From Octopus bimaculoides (Eukaryota): 36,046 nt of DNA. Below are positions 11,026 to 24,590 of this stretch, piece by piece (the stretch's first letter is position 1; each line of letters starts with the position of its first letter). The notes beneath the pieces are model-generated. The model had not been told where the DNA came from. It made no database searches and saw only the letters and a program-made list of their open reading frames with translations. The stretch lies in assembly GCF_001194135.2 (NCBI RefSeq), contig NC_069002.1:5950240-5986285 (forward strand), given 5' to 3'. A program made the translations under genes and the position numbers.

Positions 11026-11108
11026 GTACCGGTAAATACACAAAGCATAAATGTTATGTATATGTAGTCAATAACTCTAGTGCTGCTTCAATTTCATATT
11101 TGAATATA

Positions 11109-11147
<39 letters not shown>

Positions 11148-11839
11148 TGGGCAAGTAAAAAAGGCAGATATTTCAAGATTTCTCTAGTTAAGTACATATA
11201 TGCATAACAGCTAAATAACCACATAGTCTGCATAAATTATTAGTTTTGAAAAAAATATTTTTCTTTCATTTTCTTTTTGCTGTTGTTTTTTGTTTGAAGG
11301 CAAAATGATTTCTGAGAGTCAATTCCGTGTTGCTGAAGAGCAATTGACTTAAAAAACCATCCGTTATTTAGATTAGAAAGTCTTAAGAAAATTCTCCAAT
11401 AGCCCTTATGCCATCAGTAACTACTTCAGACATACTTCTCATTTACTTTATCATTATTATTATTATTACTACTACTACTATTACTGTTATTATTATTACT
11501 ACTGTAATTATTATCATTATTATTAAGAAGAAGATGATAATGATGATGATGAGGAGGAAGATGTTTGTCAAGTGTTACAAGAGAAGCAACTGCGCACAAC
11601 ATTGTTTTGATCTAAAATGAAGAGAAGAATAAGCAATGGCTTATTTTTTGCTAGGCATCAGGCCGGTTCTGTTCGAGGAGACTAATCTATATTGTTAACT
11701 GAAATGGACTTCTGTAACATCAATTTAATGCGACTTTCTTTCCTTCGTCCCTCCCACTTCCAGTGGTTCAAATACTGGAAGAAGTAATTCTGGTATTAAT
11801 CTTAGAAAAGAGATATTAATTGAGATAATATCGAATTTG

Positions 11840-12370
11840 TGGAGGCGTGGCCGGTGTGGTGAGAAGTTTGCTTCCCAACCACTGCATGGCACTTGGGAAA
11901 ACACCTACATTAGCCCCTGGGACAACCAAAGCCTTATGAATGGATTTGGTAGAGGGAAACTGAAAGAAGCCCAGGAGACCTATTGAGTCAAGTACATCCA
12001 CATCAACATCAACAGCAATATCAGAAACAAATCAAATGGAAATTGTAGTTGTGAGCCCTGTGCTGGTAGCATGTAAAGATCACGATCCGAACATGGCCTA
12101 TGCCAGTGCTGTGTTTGACTGGCTTCTGTGCCAGTGGCACGTAAAAAGCACCATCTGATCGTGGTTGATGCCAGCTCCTCTGGCCCCTGTGCCGGTGGCA
12201 TGTAAAAAGCACCCACTACACTCTCGGAGTGGTTGGCATTAGGAAGGGCATCCAGCTGTAGAAACACTGCCAGATCAGAATGGAGCCTAGTGCAGCCTTC
12301 TGGCTTCCCAGACCCCAGTCGAATTGTCCAACCCATGCCAGCATGGGAAAATAGACGTTAAACGATGATG
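11840..12370 (+). mobile_element. tRNA-derived SINE family B head plus type-C tail ending in (GAT)n
   Basis: Head TGGC..GTGTGGTGAGAAGTTTGCTTCCCAACCAC, internal TGTGCC.GTGGCA.GTAAAAAGCACC subrepeats, tail GGAAGGGCATCCAGCTGTAGAAA...GACGTTAAACGATGATG. Confidence 0.8.
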
Positions 12371-14012
12371 ATATATATTTATGTGTGTGTCTTGTCTTTG
12401 TATTTGTCCCCACCCTAGGCTGACCAAAGCCTTCTGAGTGGATTTAGTTGATGGAAACTGAAAGAAGCCCATTGTATATATGTATATATGTGTATATGCA
12501 TGTATATACACACACACACACACACATACATACATGTGTGTGTGTGAGTGTGTACATGTTTATGTCTCCTTATCTTGACATCACGTGATACTTGTGAAAT
12601 GACGGTCACCGTCAAAGAAGCAGAGTCATTTGTTTCCAACATTCTGTGAGAACATATCTGACCATGGGGGAAATATTACGTTGCTAGGAAACAGGTGAGG
12701 GTTGGCAACAGGAAGGACATCCAGCCATAGAAAATAAAACTCTGTCCAACCCATGCCAGCATGGAAAAGTGGACGTTAAAGCGATGATGGAATGACGAAA
12801 ATATGGACTACTACTATGGCTTATGGTACTTTAAGAAAACAGCAACAAAAAAAATAAATAAATAAAAATTTTCTAAAATCAGGAAGTCTATAAACCAGAA
12901 TGAACAATAGATTTAACAGTAATTATCAAAGAAATTAATAACAGCTGAAGTGGAATGTGGAATAATCAAAGAACACATTAAATAAAAAACAAAGCAAGCT
13001 TGTGTCTGTCAAGGAGTTTTTCAATCAAATGAATGTAAATAGATAGAGAAAGCAGTAAGTAAATAAGATTTACGAAAAGAAAAGTATCTCAATTAGTTAT
13101 ATTGGACACAGAATTAGAGTGTAAGCGTAGTTTTGGTAAGAGTAAAAGACAAGGCATCGAATTCAGAAAGATTTTAGAGAAAATGGGTATTGCATTGGCA
13201 CAAATGAATCAATGAGGATGTCTGTAGATAAGGCATGGCTAACCCTTTTTTGAAAAGTGGTAAACTTATTGGGTTATTTCTGAAAACTTTATCCAAAATC
13301 CTGAAAGTGTAGCCTGTGTTGTGTCTGTGACAAAAGATAGTTTGCTCCCACCAAGTTTCAGGCCTTGTGCTTTTAGTAGAAACAATTATCATTATTATTA
13401 TTTGGCAGTGAGCTGGCAGATTCGTTAGCACACCCAGCGAAATGCATAGTAGTATTTCATTGGTCGTTACGTTCAGAGTTCAAATTCCACTGAGGTTGAC
13501 TTTGCCTTTCAACCTTTTGAGGTCAATAAAATAAATACCAGTTAAGAACTGGAGTTAATATAATCAACTAGTTTCCTTCCCCAAAATTTCAGGTCCTGTG
13601 CCTATAGTAGAAAGGGTTATTATTATTATTATCATCATCATCATCATCATAATCATAATATCTAGTGTTCTTCAAATGTGCTTTCTCGTCTTCACCTTCC
13701 TCCAATCCCTCCTTCTCTTCATCCCCCTGCACCGTGGCTAACGATAGGGAAAGCAGCCAAATGCAGCCATTTTCCTTCAGCTAACCATCCGACAGTGGTG
13801 ATGGCAATTATGATGGCAGCGATAATGAAGACGATGAAGACTGCAATGATTATTACTATGATGGAGGTGGTGGTGGTGGCGGCGGGGATGGTGATTAATG
13901 AATGGCGGCCGAGTTTGGCGATGATGCTGATGTCGGCAAGAATAATGACCGATTGCCAATCAAATAATAATTCATGAGCATTATCTGTTGTCAACCTATT
14001 TATGTGTCGAGG

Positions 14013-14019
14013 GTATGTG

Positions 14020-14064
<45 letters not shown>

Positions 14065-14183
14065 ACACATAAAGCATATTATCAGAGTTTGACCCAATTA
14101 GGAGTGAAGAGACTGGCACTCCTTATCAAATAACATATGTAACATTATATATATAAATATATATATGTGTGTGTATATATGTG

Positions 14184-14268
<85 letters not shown>

Positions 14269-14283
14269 ATGTGTGTGTGTGTA
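14013..14283. repeat. (CA)n and (TG)n dinucleotide microsatellites, representative of dozens of CA/TG/TA tracts in the window
   Basis: Direct inspection. Confidence 0.95.
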
Positions 14284-15882
14284 GATATGGTTTCACATAC
14301 ATATAGCCACGTGCATTCCCTTCCGTCTGCCTTGAATTCTCTGTAATGTGTATGGATTTATCAATAAAGAATAACAACAACAACAACAATGATAATAATA
14401 ATAATGATAATAATAATAATAATAATAATAATGATAATAATAATGTGACCGGAAAGAATTGGTAAACTCAGTGATACATTGTTATTGATTGCAGGATGGT
14501 GCTAACACGTGCTACATTCTTATCATGGTGCCAATCTCCCCAGGGAGTAAGTATCTAATATATAAAACACAATATATATATACATACCTATATACATGGA
14601 TATATGTATGTGTGGATATAAAACATAATTTAGATCTTAACCTGCCACCGTCATTATCGATACAGAATGTTTTATGACTGGTGTAGTTAATTTTACACAA
14701 AGCATAAGCTAATTTGTTATTGGGAATAAATTCCAGAGAATTCCTAGGAAACCGTTTGTGGATCTAAATCCTAAAGGAGAATTTATGGATATTCACTTTT
14801 GCCAAGAAAAGAAAAAAAAAAAAAATGGAAGAGGGTTGAAGGTCGGAGTTTTAAGAACACAAAATGTTAGACTTCCCGCCTCTCTTGGTAATTGAACTTA
14901 CCAGCATTTCACAATCTCATCATTTAATTTTATTATCATGGCACTTATTTACAGTAAATGTTTTAATTTATCATGACAGACTGCCTGAACTAATTTATGC
15001 TTTAATTAAAAACAAAAACAAATAAAAAAACAAAAAAAAGCAACAACAAAAATGACAAAAACACACACAAAACAGAAATAAACACATAACAGCAAAACAG
15101 ATTATTAAAAAAAAAAATCACTTAGTAATCTATTTATAGTTAATGTTTCCAACGAAGAAATCACAAAGTTTATTTGATAATTTTCAGTCTGTTAATATGA
15201 AGATGAAGATACATAAGAATGGCTGTGTGATTAAGAAGTTTGCTTCTCAGCCATGATAACTGCCCAAGATGTTACGCTGTGGAACTGAAACCAAGACCAC
15301 ATGGTTGGGAAGCAAGCTGCTCACCTATTATTTGCATTTGAAAAAAAAAAAGACAAAAAACAAAACAAAAAAAAACGAAAATATTTTTTTCTACACTAGA
15401 CCCGAAATTTTGGGGGAGTGGGGCAGTCGATTAGATCGACCCCAGTATGCAACTGGTACTTTATTTTATTGAACCTGAAAGGATGAAAAGCAAAGTTAAC
15501 CTGGGTGGAATTTAAACTCAGAACATAAAGACAGACGAAATACCACTAAGCATTTCACCTGGCATGCTAACGTTTCTGCCAGCTCACCACCTTGGAAAAT
15601 ATTACTATAAAAATGTTGGCATCCCAGCATGGCCACAACCTCTGGCAGAAACTCGTAATAGAATAATAATATAATAGAATAAATAAATAAATAATGTAAC
15701 ACAGGTGACGAATACACAATCAAAAACACATTTTATTCTCTCACAGAGACCTCCTTGCTAATAGATTCAAGGTCTCTTGTCTTCTTTAGGCTCACACTTG
15801 CCATTTAAGCATCGACTCAAATGTATGTCATCTGACAGACACAACAGCAAACACATGTTCAGCATAATTAATAAACCAACTG

Positions 15883-15924
<42 letters not shown>

Positions 15925-16097
15925 GGTGTGATGTGTGTTATTATGTATTTCTCCATCGTGCACTGAAGTATTCTAAGTAGCAGCAGCAGTAGCAGCAGCA
16001 GCAATCACTTGTCTGCTATTGTCTTGGCCTTCAAAGATTTAATAATCCTAGCTGTATAGGTATTACTTTCTATTCAGCATTGCATAAAAAAAAGAAG

Positions 16098-16142
<45 letters not shown>

Positions 16143-16151
16143 GTAGTAATA

Positions 16152-16191
<40 letters not shown>

Positions 16192-16338
16192 CCTTGAATG
16201 TCTATGTTTGCCCTGAAACACGTTTACGTCATGTTTTCTGTGAGGTTATCTAATTATTCTGTTAAGAAAGGAAACTCTCTCTATATATATTTCTCAAACC
16301 ATGAATGATGATGATGGTGATGATGATGATGGTGGTGG

Positions 16339-16421
<83 letters not shown>

Positions 16422-16482
16422 GTGGTGGTGATGATGATGATAACAGTAATAATAATAATAAAGATGATAATAATAATGATAA
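16098..16482. repeat. Trinucleotide microsatellites (TAA)n and (GAT/GGT)n
   Basis: Direct inspection; source of the poly-D, poly-M and poly-I ORFs. Confidence 0.95.
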
Positions 16483-16728
16483 TCCTTTCTACAATAGGCA
16501 CTAGGTCTGGAATTTGGTGGGAGGGGGGTAAATCAATCACATCGACCCCCAGAATTTGACTGGTGCTTATTTGATTCCCCCCACACACCACCCCACGTCC
16601 TCAAGTGGATGATGAAAGGCAAAGTTGACCTCAGGGGATATTTGAACTCAGAACATAAAGATGGAAGAAATTCTGCTCAGCAATTTTGTCTGGGGCGTGG
16701 CTAACGATTCTGCCAGCTCGCCACTGTT

Positions 16729-16751
16729 GGGGGGTGGGGGTGGGGGTGGGG
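16729..16751 (+). other. Canonical G-quadruplex motif G6-T-G5-T-G5-T-G4 on the template strand of unc-13
   Basis: Four G-runs with 1-nt loops. Confidence 0.7.
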
Positions 16752-17123
16752 AATTATCCTCAAACTGATGACTGCCACCACCACTACCATGGCTACCACT
16801 ATNNNNNNNNNNNNNNNNNNNNNNNNNNNNNNNNNNNNNNNNNNNNNNNNNNNNNNNNNNNNNNNNNNNNNNNNNNNNNNNNNNNNNNNNNNNNNNNNNN
16901 NNNNNNNNNNNNNNNNNNNNNNNNNNNNNNNNNNNNNNNNNNNNNNNNNNNNNNNNNNNNNNNNNNNNNNNNNNNNNNNNNNNNNNNNNNNNNNNNNNNN
17001 NNNNNNNNNNNNNNNNNNNNNNNNNNNNNNNNNNNNNNNNNNNNNNNNNNNNNNNNNNNNNNNNNNNNNNNNNNNNNNNNNNNNNNNNNNNNNNNNNNNN
17101 NNNNNNNNNNNNNNNNNNNNNNN

Positions 17124-17395
17124 CACCAATGTTACCACCACCACCACCACCGCCACCACCAATGTTACCACCACCACCATCACCATCACCACTAATATCA
17201 CTGTCACGACCAAGACGATGATGACGATCACCGCCACCACCACACTACCACCAAAACAACCACCACCGCCACGACCCCCACGACCACCACCATGACCACC
17301 ATCGTTGCTACCATTGTCACCATCACCACAACCACCATTGTTATCATCACTACCACCACCACCACCGCCACCACCACCGCTCCCACGTTTGTCCT
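17124..17395. repeat. Degenerate (ACC)n tract continuing from the gap
   Basis: Direct inspection; source of the poly-T, poly-H and poly-V ORFs. Confidence 0.9.
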
Positions 17396-17859
17396 AGCCA
17401 ATGCATGGAATACCGTCATCGTCATCGCCATCGATGAAACAAAAACAAGAAAGAAACAAAGCGAAAGGAAACAAGACTTAAGGAAAGCAACCGAAATCAA
17501 ACCAAATATATTTATTATTGCATGTGAACACGGCAGAGCTGCACCGAGCTTCAAAAGAAAATGGCTGGAGAGTTTATAAGTTTATTGATATATTTATTCA
17601 GATCTCTTTTACTCTTCTGAAGAGGGCAGATTGTAGAAGCCACAGGTGAAAAGGGAGATCAAATGAATTGATTTGTATTCTTGAAGAAGATGCTGGCTGA
17701 AGATATAGTGAAGAGGAACGGACACTTTATGTGGTCACCCAAGTCGCTAGACAGTGCAACCAAATCATCATAATCTTCTTCTTCTTCTTCGCACTCCTTC
17801 TCTTTCTTCTTCTGCTTTCTCTCTCTCTCTTTCTTCCTCCCTCTCCCTCAGAAACTTCC

Positions 17860-17970
17860 CTCTCATCTATCTATCTCACCATCTATATGGCAATCTATCT
17901 ATCTAGCCATCTTTCTGGCTGTCTATCAATCTATCTATCTATCTATCTATCTATCTATTTATCTATCTAC

Positions 17971-18001
<31 letters not shown>

Positions 18002-18062
18002 GCCATCCAGTCAGCCATCATCCATCTATCCATCCATCCATCCATCTATCTATCTATCATCT
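17860..18062. repeat. (ATCT)n/(ATCC)n tetranucleotide microsatellite; (AGAT)n also at 9085-9115, 18213-18240, 19878-19960
   Basis: Direct inspection. Confidence 0.95.
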
Positions 18063-19188
18063 TTATAGATACAGTGAGAATGAGTGTTCAATATCTCATT
18101 GGTGGATAAATACTCTTCATTCGTTGATTAACATGGTTACCGTTGGACTGTCATGGATTAAATATTTTATATAAATATATGAATATATATATATATATAT
18201 TTATATATACATATAGATAGATAGATAGATAGATAGGTAGATCTATCAAGCCAAGTGAAATTGTAATTGTGACAGATACTGGTGTCATGCCAGTGGCATG
18301 TAAAAGCACCCATTATACTCTCGGAGTGGTTGGCATATTAGGAAGGGCATCCAGCTGTAGAAAGCATGCCAAATCAGACTAGAATCTGGTGCAGCCCCTC
18401 AGTTTACTAGCCATGGTCAAACTATCCAGCCCATGTTCACATGGACAACAGACATTAAATGGTGATGATGATATACAAGTGTTAATTTCATACACACAGA
18501 GACGTTTTTAAAACATGTGGCTAATTCGATTCTTCCATGACAAAACTGTTTCATTTATCAAACAATTACAAAGTAGGAAATGATAGTTCTTGCAGTAACC
18601 ATACTCGACATCTGAGACGCCAACGACAGCAGAGAGCCTAAACACTTGCTTCCTGCGATCTGTGGACATGAGCTCAATTTCCGCTGAGTCAGATTAGTTG
18701 AGTGTAAGTAATTAATACAGCGTTATTGATTTAATTAATTATGTGTAGGTCTACTGCGATAAACGAACATTAGCCTTAGTGGATATTGAAACAAAAATCA
18801 ATAATTAGTTATAAACACAAACACTGAGTAATAAGAGATCAACTAAACAATTACTTAAAATGTAAAATGCTGGAGATTATTTTATTAGTTTCCAGGAGTC
18901 AGACTGTGGCCATGCTGGGGCACTGTTGTCAAAGGTTTATTTTGCTTTTAGACAAAACTACATCACCACTGCTGCCACCTCTAATCATATGGCTCTGCTA
19001 TTTATTTTATCAGCCTCGTGAGAAACAATAGACAAGATTTCCACATTGGTGTAAATGGAGATAATTCAAGTTTGACATTTACAGCGTAATGTATTCCTGC
19101 TTGATAAACTGTTTTTCTTCTCTCTCCCTATGGTGATAAATTCATGCGTAGTTGTGTGTATTCATACATACAAATGTGTGTGTGTGTG

Positions 19189-19230
<42 letters not shown>

Positions 19231-19249
19231 AAAATTACTTATATATATA

Positions 19250-19281
<32 letters not shown>

Positions 19282-19894
19282 TCTGTAGATATATATATAT
19301 ATATAAAACCAAATTTGGTGACTGGCACCCATGCCAGTGGAGCGCTAACAGCACCATCCGAGCAGGATCACTGCCAGAGCAGTGGTCTTGTTCCCGTGCC
19401 AGTGGCACGTAAAAAGCACCCACTACACTCTCAGAGTGGTTGGTGTTAGGAAGGGCATTCAGCTGTAGAAACTCTGCCAGATCAGATTGAAGTCTGGAGT
19501 AGCCATCTGGTTTGCTAGTCCCCAGTCAAATCGTCCAACCCATGCTAGCATAGAAAGCGGACGTAGAATGATGATGATGAGGATATACACACAAAAACAC
19601 ATATATATACATGCACTTACACACACACACATGCATGCATGTACATGAATACATACATACATACACATACATAGTCATCCTCTGGCTTACCAGTTCTTGT
19701 TAACCTGCAAGTCACGGACCTAACATTCACACACACACACACACATATAAATGTTAAAAAGAAGAATGGAATTTATGGTATTATTTTTGATTGTGTGTGT
19801 ATGTGTATGGATCAAAGCAGTTTGATTCAAACTTCTTGGTACTCTGAGATTCAAGCATGATAATGGACAGATGGATGGGTAGATAGATAGATAA

Positions 19895-19960
<66 letters not shown>

Positions 19961-20354
19961 TGATAGTGAATTACATTGCTTTGGTTATTCTTGCTTTTCT
20001 AAAAGAGTGAATGATTAGAATAAAGTGAGGTAACTGAGAGAGACTACAGTGAGAGAATTATTAAGAATGTGAAAGAGAGAGAAAGAGAATAGTTCAACGA
20101 AGACAATGTAAATAATTAGATGAAAGTAAAAACAACAAAATCAAATTAAAAACCTGTGTGTTTAGCTTGACTTGTTGATATAATATATTCTTATACAACA
20201 GCAGTTTGTCGTCACAAGAATCTCTCCTTCACTTGTGAACGAGTAAACAATCGGCACCATTTAAACTTTACTTTAATAAGGTCAATCAATAATCCAATGA
20301 TGAAGTGATTTCACAGCAGCACAATCTGGTAACGGAGTATTATTGTTGTTGTTA

Positions 20355-20398
<44 letters not shown>

Positions 20399-21313
20399 GT
20401 TATTATTCTCATCATGGCTTTTTGGGCTTTTGTTGTGCTCATGGAGAATAAACAAAATTATTCGAGAGATCTATTGAGTTCTTTGCTACAGTGCATTGAT
20501 TTTTAACATAAGCACAAGACACCTACCACCATAACCATCACCACACCCACAACCTCCACCACCCGGCACTACCTCTACACAAAAAAATTTTGGTTGGGGG
20601 CGTGAAGGTTATAGTGGGTAGGATGGTGAATTCTGTGACGGTTTCAATGATGAACATTCTGGGAATCTGGTTTCACCAGTCCTCAGTCAAATCGTCCAAC
20701 CCATGCTAGCATGGAAAGCGGACGTTAAACGATGATGATGATGATGATGATGATGAATACAAAACGTCACCTAGTCCAAGAATCGAAACTACAATCTTAC
20801 AATCATGGACACAACACCCTAACCACTAAACCATGAACCTTCTCACACACACACACGTGAATATTGGTATATATATATATATATATATATATAGATATAG
20901 ATAGATATATATATATATAGAGAGAGAGAGAGTTGTTATAAGTCAAAGAAGGACAGAAGAAGCAACTAATTAATTAATTAATTATAGCAGACATTGCAAG
21001 ATTAGGTCCCAAAGATGAGATGAAATGAAACTGGGTGGAACAATAGTGTACTTATGGTTCCACCCTCCACCACTGCCACCCCACATCCATCACGTAGCAA
21101 TAAGAATGCTTAACCGATGATGATGATGATGATGATGATGGTGAATGATGATGAAGATGATGATTATGACAACGATTACAGGAACAGGTGAAAAACAGAA
21201 ATTCAAAAATATGAAAAAAAGAGTAAAATAATAAAAACATAATTTATTATTATTATTATTATTAATATTAATATTATTTTTGACATGTCAAATAGAGATT
21301 TTCTTATTAGAAC

Positions 21314-21638
21314 ATGTTAACTGGTTTCAGTATTGTTACGATACATAAGAACATACACATTTTCATACACATATATGTATTCATATGTATAGAATATACA
21401 TATGTCAGTGTTCATATATACAATGCACTCACACACATACATGCACTTTTACACAAATACACACATTCAAATTTGGATGTATACATCCACATATACATGT
21501 ATATACATGTACACACACACACACACACACACACAATTTACATGCATACATATAAATATACTTCAAGTGAGCATGCATACACACACACAGACACACATGT
21601 ACAGACATACACATATGCTTCATGCATGCACCCACATG

Positions 21639-21670
<32 letters not shown>

Positions 21671-22100
21671 CTCATTCAAATTCACATGCATACACCCACA
21701 TGTATATATTTATACTCACACATATATGCAAACATATTTACATACGTACATGTAGATATGCCTCATGTGAGCACACACAGGTACGCACAACTCACACAAA
21801 CACACATTTTCAGATTCACATGCATGCATCCACAAGTATATGTATATACATGTACTCACACACACACACACACACATTTAATGAATGCATATAGATTTAC
21901 CTCATGTGAGCACAAACACACTCATACACACATTTAATGAATGCATATGGATGTACCTCATGTGAGCACACACATAAACACTTAATGAATGCATATAAAT
22001 ATATTTCATGTGAATATACACTCATACATACGCACACACAAGTTTAATGATACATAGATATATCTCATGTGAGAGCACACACACCCACACACACAGACAC
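21314..22100. repeat. CA/TA-rich low-complexity block ending in a 48-59-bp degenerate minisatellite
   Basis: Unit TTAATGAATGCATAT..AT.TACCTCATGTGAGCAC(AC)n repeated four times from about 21878. Confidence 0.8.
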
Positions 22101-22532
22101 ACATTTCCAACAATAAAACAAAAACAATTGCTTTATTTCTTGAAAGCTAATTCCTTTCTTGCCACAATTTGAACAAAACAACAACAGCTGTAGCTGTCAA
22201 CATTAGTTTTATCTGGAATTATGCAATTTATCTCTGGAATATATAATAGGATTAGCGCATGAACATATATTCACACACACATCCACACACACACACACGT
22301 CTGAACATAAATATATACACACCCACATCTACATGTATACACATGCACATACACACATGTATAGTTATATATCAAAAACTGTCAGTTGATGCTAATAAAT
22401 TGTTGGATGAACAAAGGAAGACATTGGAAAAGAAGACAAAACCTGAAAACGTTGGTGTTTCGGTCATTTTTCACAAAATGTGAAAGCTTTTACTTACAGG
22501 AATTGATCAAACTTTCATTGCTGATGTTGTTG

Positions 22533-22572
<40 letters not shown>

Positions 22573-23825
22573 AGCAGTGAGCTGGCAGAATCGTTAGAAT
22601 GCTGGACAAAATGTTTAACAGTATTTTGGCTGTCACTCTATCCTGAGTTCAAATTCCGCCAAGGTCGACTTTGCCTTTCATCCTTTTGGGGTCGATAAAT
22701 TAAGTACCAGTGGAGTACTGGGGTCGATGTAATCAACTTAATCCCTATCCCAAAATTTCAGGCCTTGTGCCTGTAAGAGAAAGGATTATTATTATCATAA
22801 TTAAGGCAGTGAGCTGGCAGAATCATTAGCATGCCGGGCAAAATGTTTAGCAGTAATTCATCTGTCGCTATGTTCTGAGTTCAAATTCTGCTGAAGTCGA
22901 CTTTGCTTTTCATCCCTTGAGGGACAATAGATTAAGTATCAATCAAGTGATGGGGTCAATGTGATCAATTGTCCCCCTTCCCACAAAAATTCAGGCCTTG
23001 TACCTATAGTTGAAAGAATTATTATCTGAATTATTAACTGAATGGAATAACTGAGTGGCATGTGCAAAACAAATAGTTGAGTAATGAGTAAGTAAAATGT
23101 GTAATTGAGTAGAAAAAATAGTAAAATAGAATTGTTTAGAGAATGAATAAGTTCATGGCTTAAACCATATGAAAATATTTAGTTTTGTAACAGAGCTGTG
23201 TCATAAAATACTATTTTGTTTGATAAATTAACAGTCAGTTTTATGACGACAGAGCAGTGATATAAAACATTTAAATATCTTTAGTAAAAAAGAGAAGCTC
23301 AAAACAAGAGTACTGCTTAAAAAAAAAAAAGGAAAAGAGAAATATTCTGTTCAAACAAAATAATATAAATCAAGCGAAAAACAAAACGAAAACAAACAAA
23401 CAAAAAAAAACAGAAAAGAAAACAAACCAAATTTAAACAAACAAGACATTGAATTAATTAAATCTTCCAAAATAATATTGAATTCCTTCAATTTCAGATT
23501 ATCTGCTAATTAGATATGAAGAGAAGACTGATTCTAAGTTAGATGCCAAACAGACATGAATCTGATGAGCAGGGAGGTGGTTGACACACATTTAACATAA
23601 TTTTGCATCCATTAGTTATTTTATTTTAATTTTCTATTTCAATTTACAATAAACTAGAAAGTTCTAGAAATCCACATATTTTTGTCAGTTTATTGAATAA
23701 ATCATTCTATGACAACTAGTGTACAATATTCTATATTTCCTTACTGATTCTTCCATTACTGCTTTGGTTGGTATAGTGAAGGTTATAGTATGTTGATGAG
23801 GTCATAATAATGCTGGGAGATGGTA

Positions 23826-24149
23826 AGAGTTGTCTTCCATATATGGAATTGCACCTAGAAAGTTACCCTCCGAGGCACAAGTCCGGGCAAGGTTGTTTAC
23901 GGAAGACCAGCAGTTGCCCATGCATACCAGCCTCCCTTCTCCATGCCACCAGTGTTATCCAAGGGAAAGGCAAAGGGGCCAATACAGCTTGGCACCAGTG
24001 ACGTCGCAACTCATTTCTACAGCTGAGTGAAGTGAAGCAACGTGAAATAAAGTGTCTTGCTCAAGAACACAACACGCAGCCCGGTCCGGGATCCGAACTC
24101 ACAATCTCGTGATCGTAAGCTCAACACTAACCACTGAGCCATGTACCTT

Positions 24150-24151
<2 letters not shown>
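23826..24151 (-). mobile_element. tRNA-derived SINE family E; 5' two-thirds repeated at 32617-32815 (-)
   Basis: Minus-strand head TGGCTCAGTGGTTAG...GAGTTCGGATCCC then GTTCTTGAGCAAGACACTTTATTTCA; the two copies are closely similar. Confidence 0.8.
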
Positions 24152-24195
<44 letters not shown>

Positions 24196-24200
<5 letters not shown>

Positions 24201-24242
24201 TTTTCTAACTACTTATGTTGGATATTATGATATATATATATA

Positions 24243-24278
<36 letters not shown>

Positions 24279-24309
24279 AATATCCAACATAAGTAGTTAG
24301 AAAAATATA
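24196..24309. repeat. Near-perfect palindrome centred on (TA)n
   Basis: TATATTTTTCTAACTACTTATGTTGGATATTATGA is mirrored by TCACAATATCCAACATAAGTAGTTAGAAAAATATA; the only mismatch in these arms is A24227/C24278. Confidence 0.92.
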
Positions 24310-24379
24310 TACACTTTTAAGTCCTAATATCTGGCATTAGTAATTAGAAAAACACGTGCTATAATTTCATGAATTTTTG

Positions 24380-24590
24380 AGCTTTTAAATTGGTCATATC
24401 CAGCCAAAATAGTCTACCGGTTAAAGATTAGCCAAATCAAGCCTCCCACATATTCTCTGCAATGTCTCTGTAAGAATAAGCAACAACCACATTGAAATAT
24501 TTAAGCAAAGATATAATGCACAATTAATTTCAAGCAATTAGAATACATATACATTTCATTTGACATGGTAATCTGAACGCCAAAGGGTTG
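24380..24590. mobile_element. Highly decayed copy of the TTAA MITE family, about 70 nt past the donor of exon 24658-24764
   Basis: TTTAAATTGGTCATATCCAGCCAAAAT...CATTTGACATGGTAATCTGAACGCCAAAGGGTTGA aligns by eye to both ends of the 33618-33845 element. Confidence 0.5.

Noticed and set aside
13790-13900. GC-richer D/G/Y-rich reading frame (DSGDGNYDGSDNEDDEDC...)
   Set aside because: It is a decayed (GAT/GGT)n microsatellite with a stop codon and no splice sites in frame with unc-13.
14896-15110. Perfect GTAAGT donor (minus, 14901-14896) downstream of a long U-rich tract, suggesting a cassette exon
   Set aside because: Each nearby AG I tried gives a stop codon or a frameshift in the required phase 1-1 frame.
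23270-23460. Long U-rich tract with AG acceptors on the sense strand (gtttgaacag, ttttaagcag)
   Set aside because: No convincing donor or open frame follows. Similar U-rich tracts recur throughout the introns (10290-10350, 15000-15110, 28540-28620).
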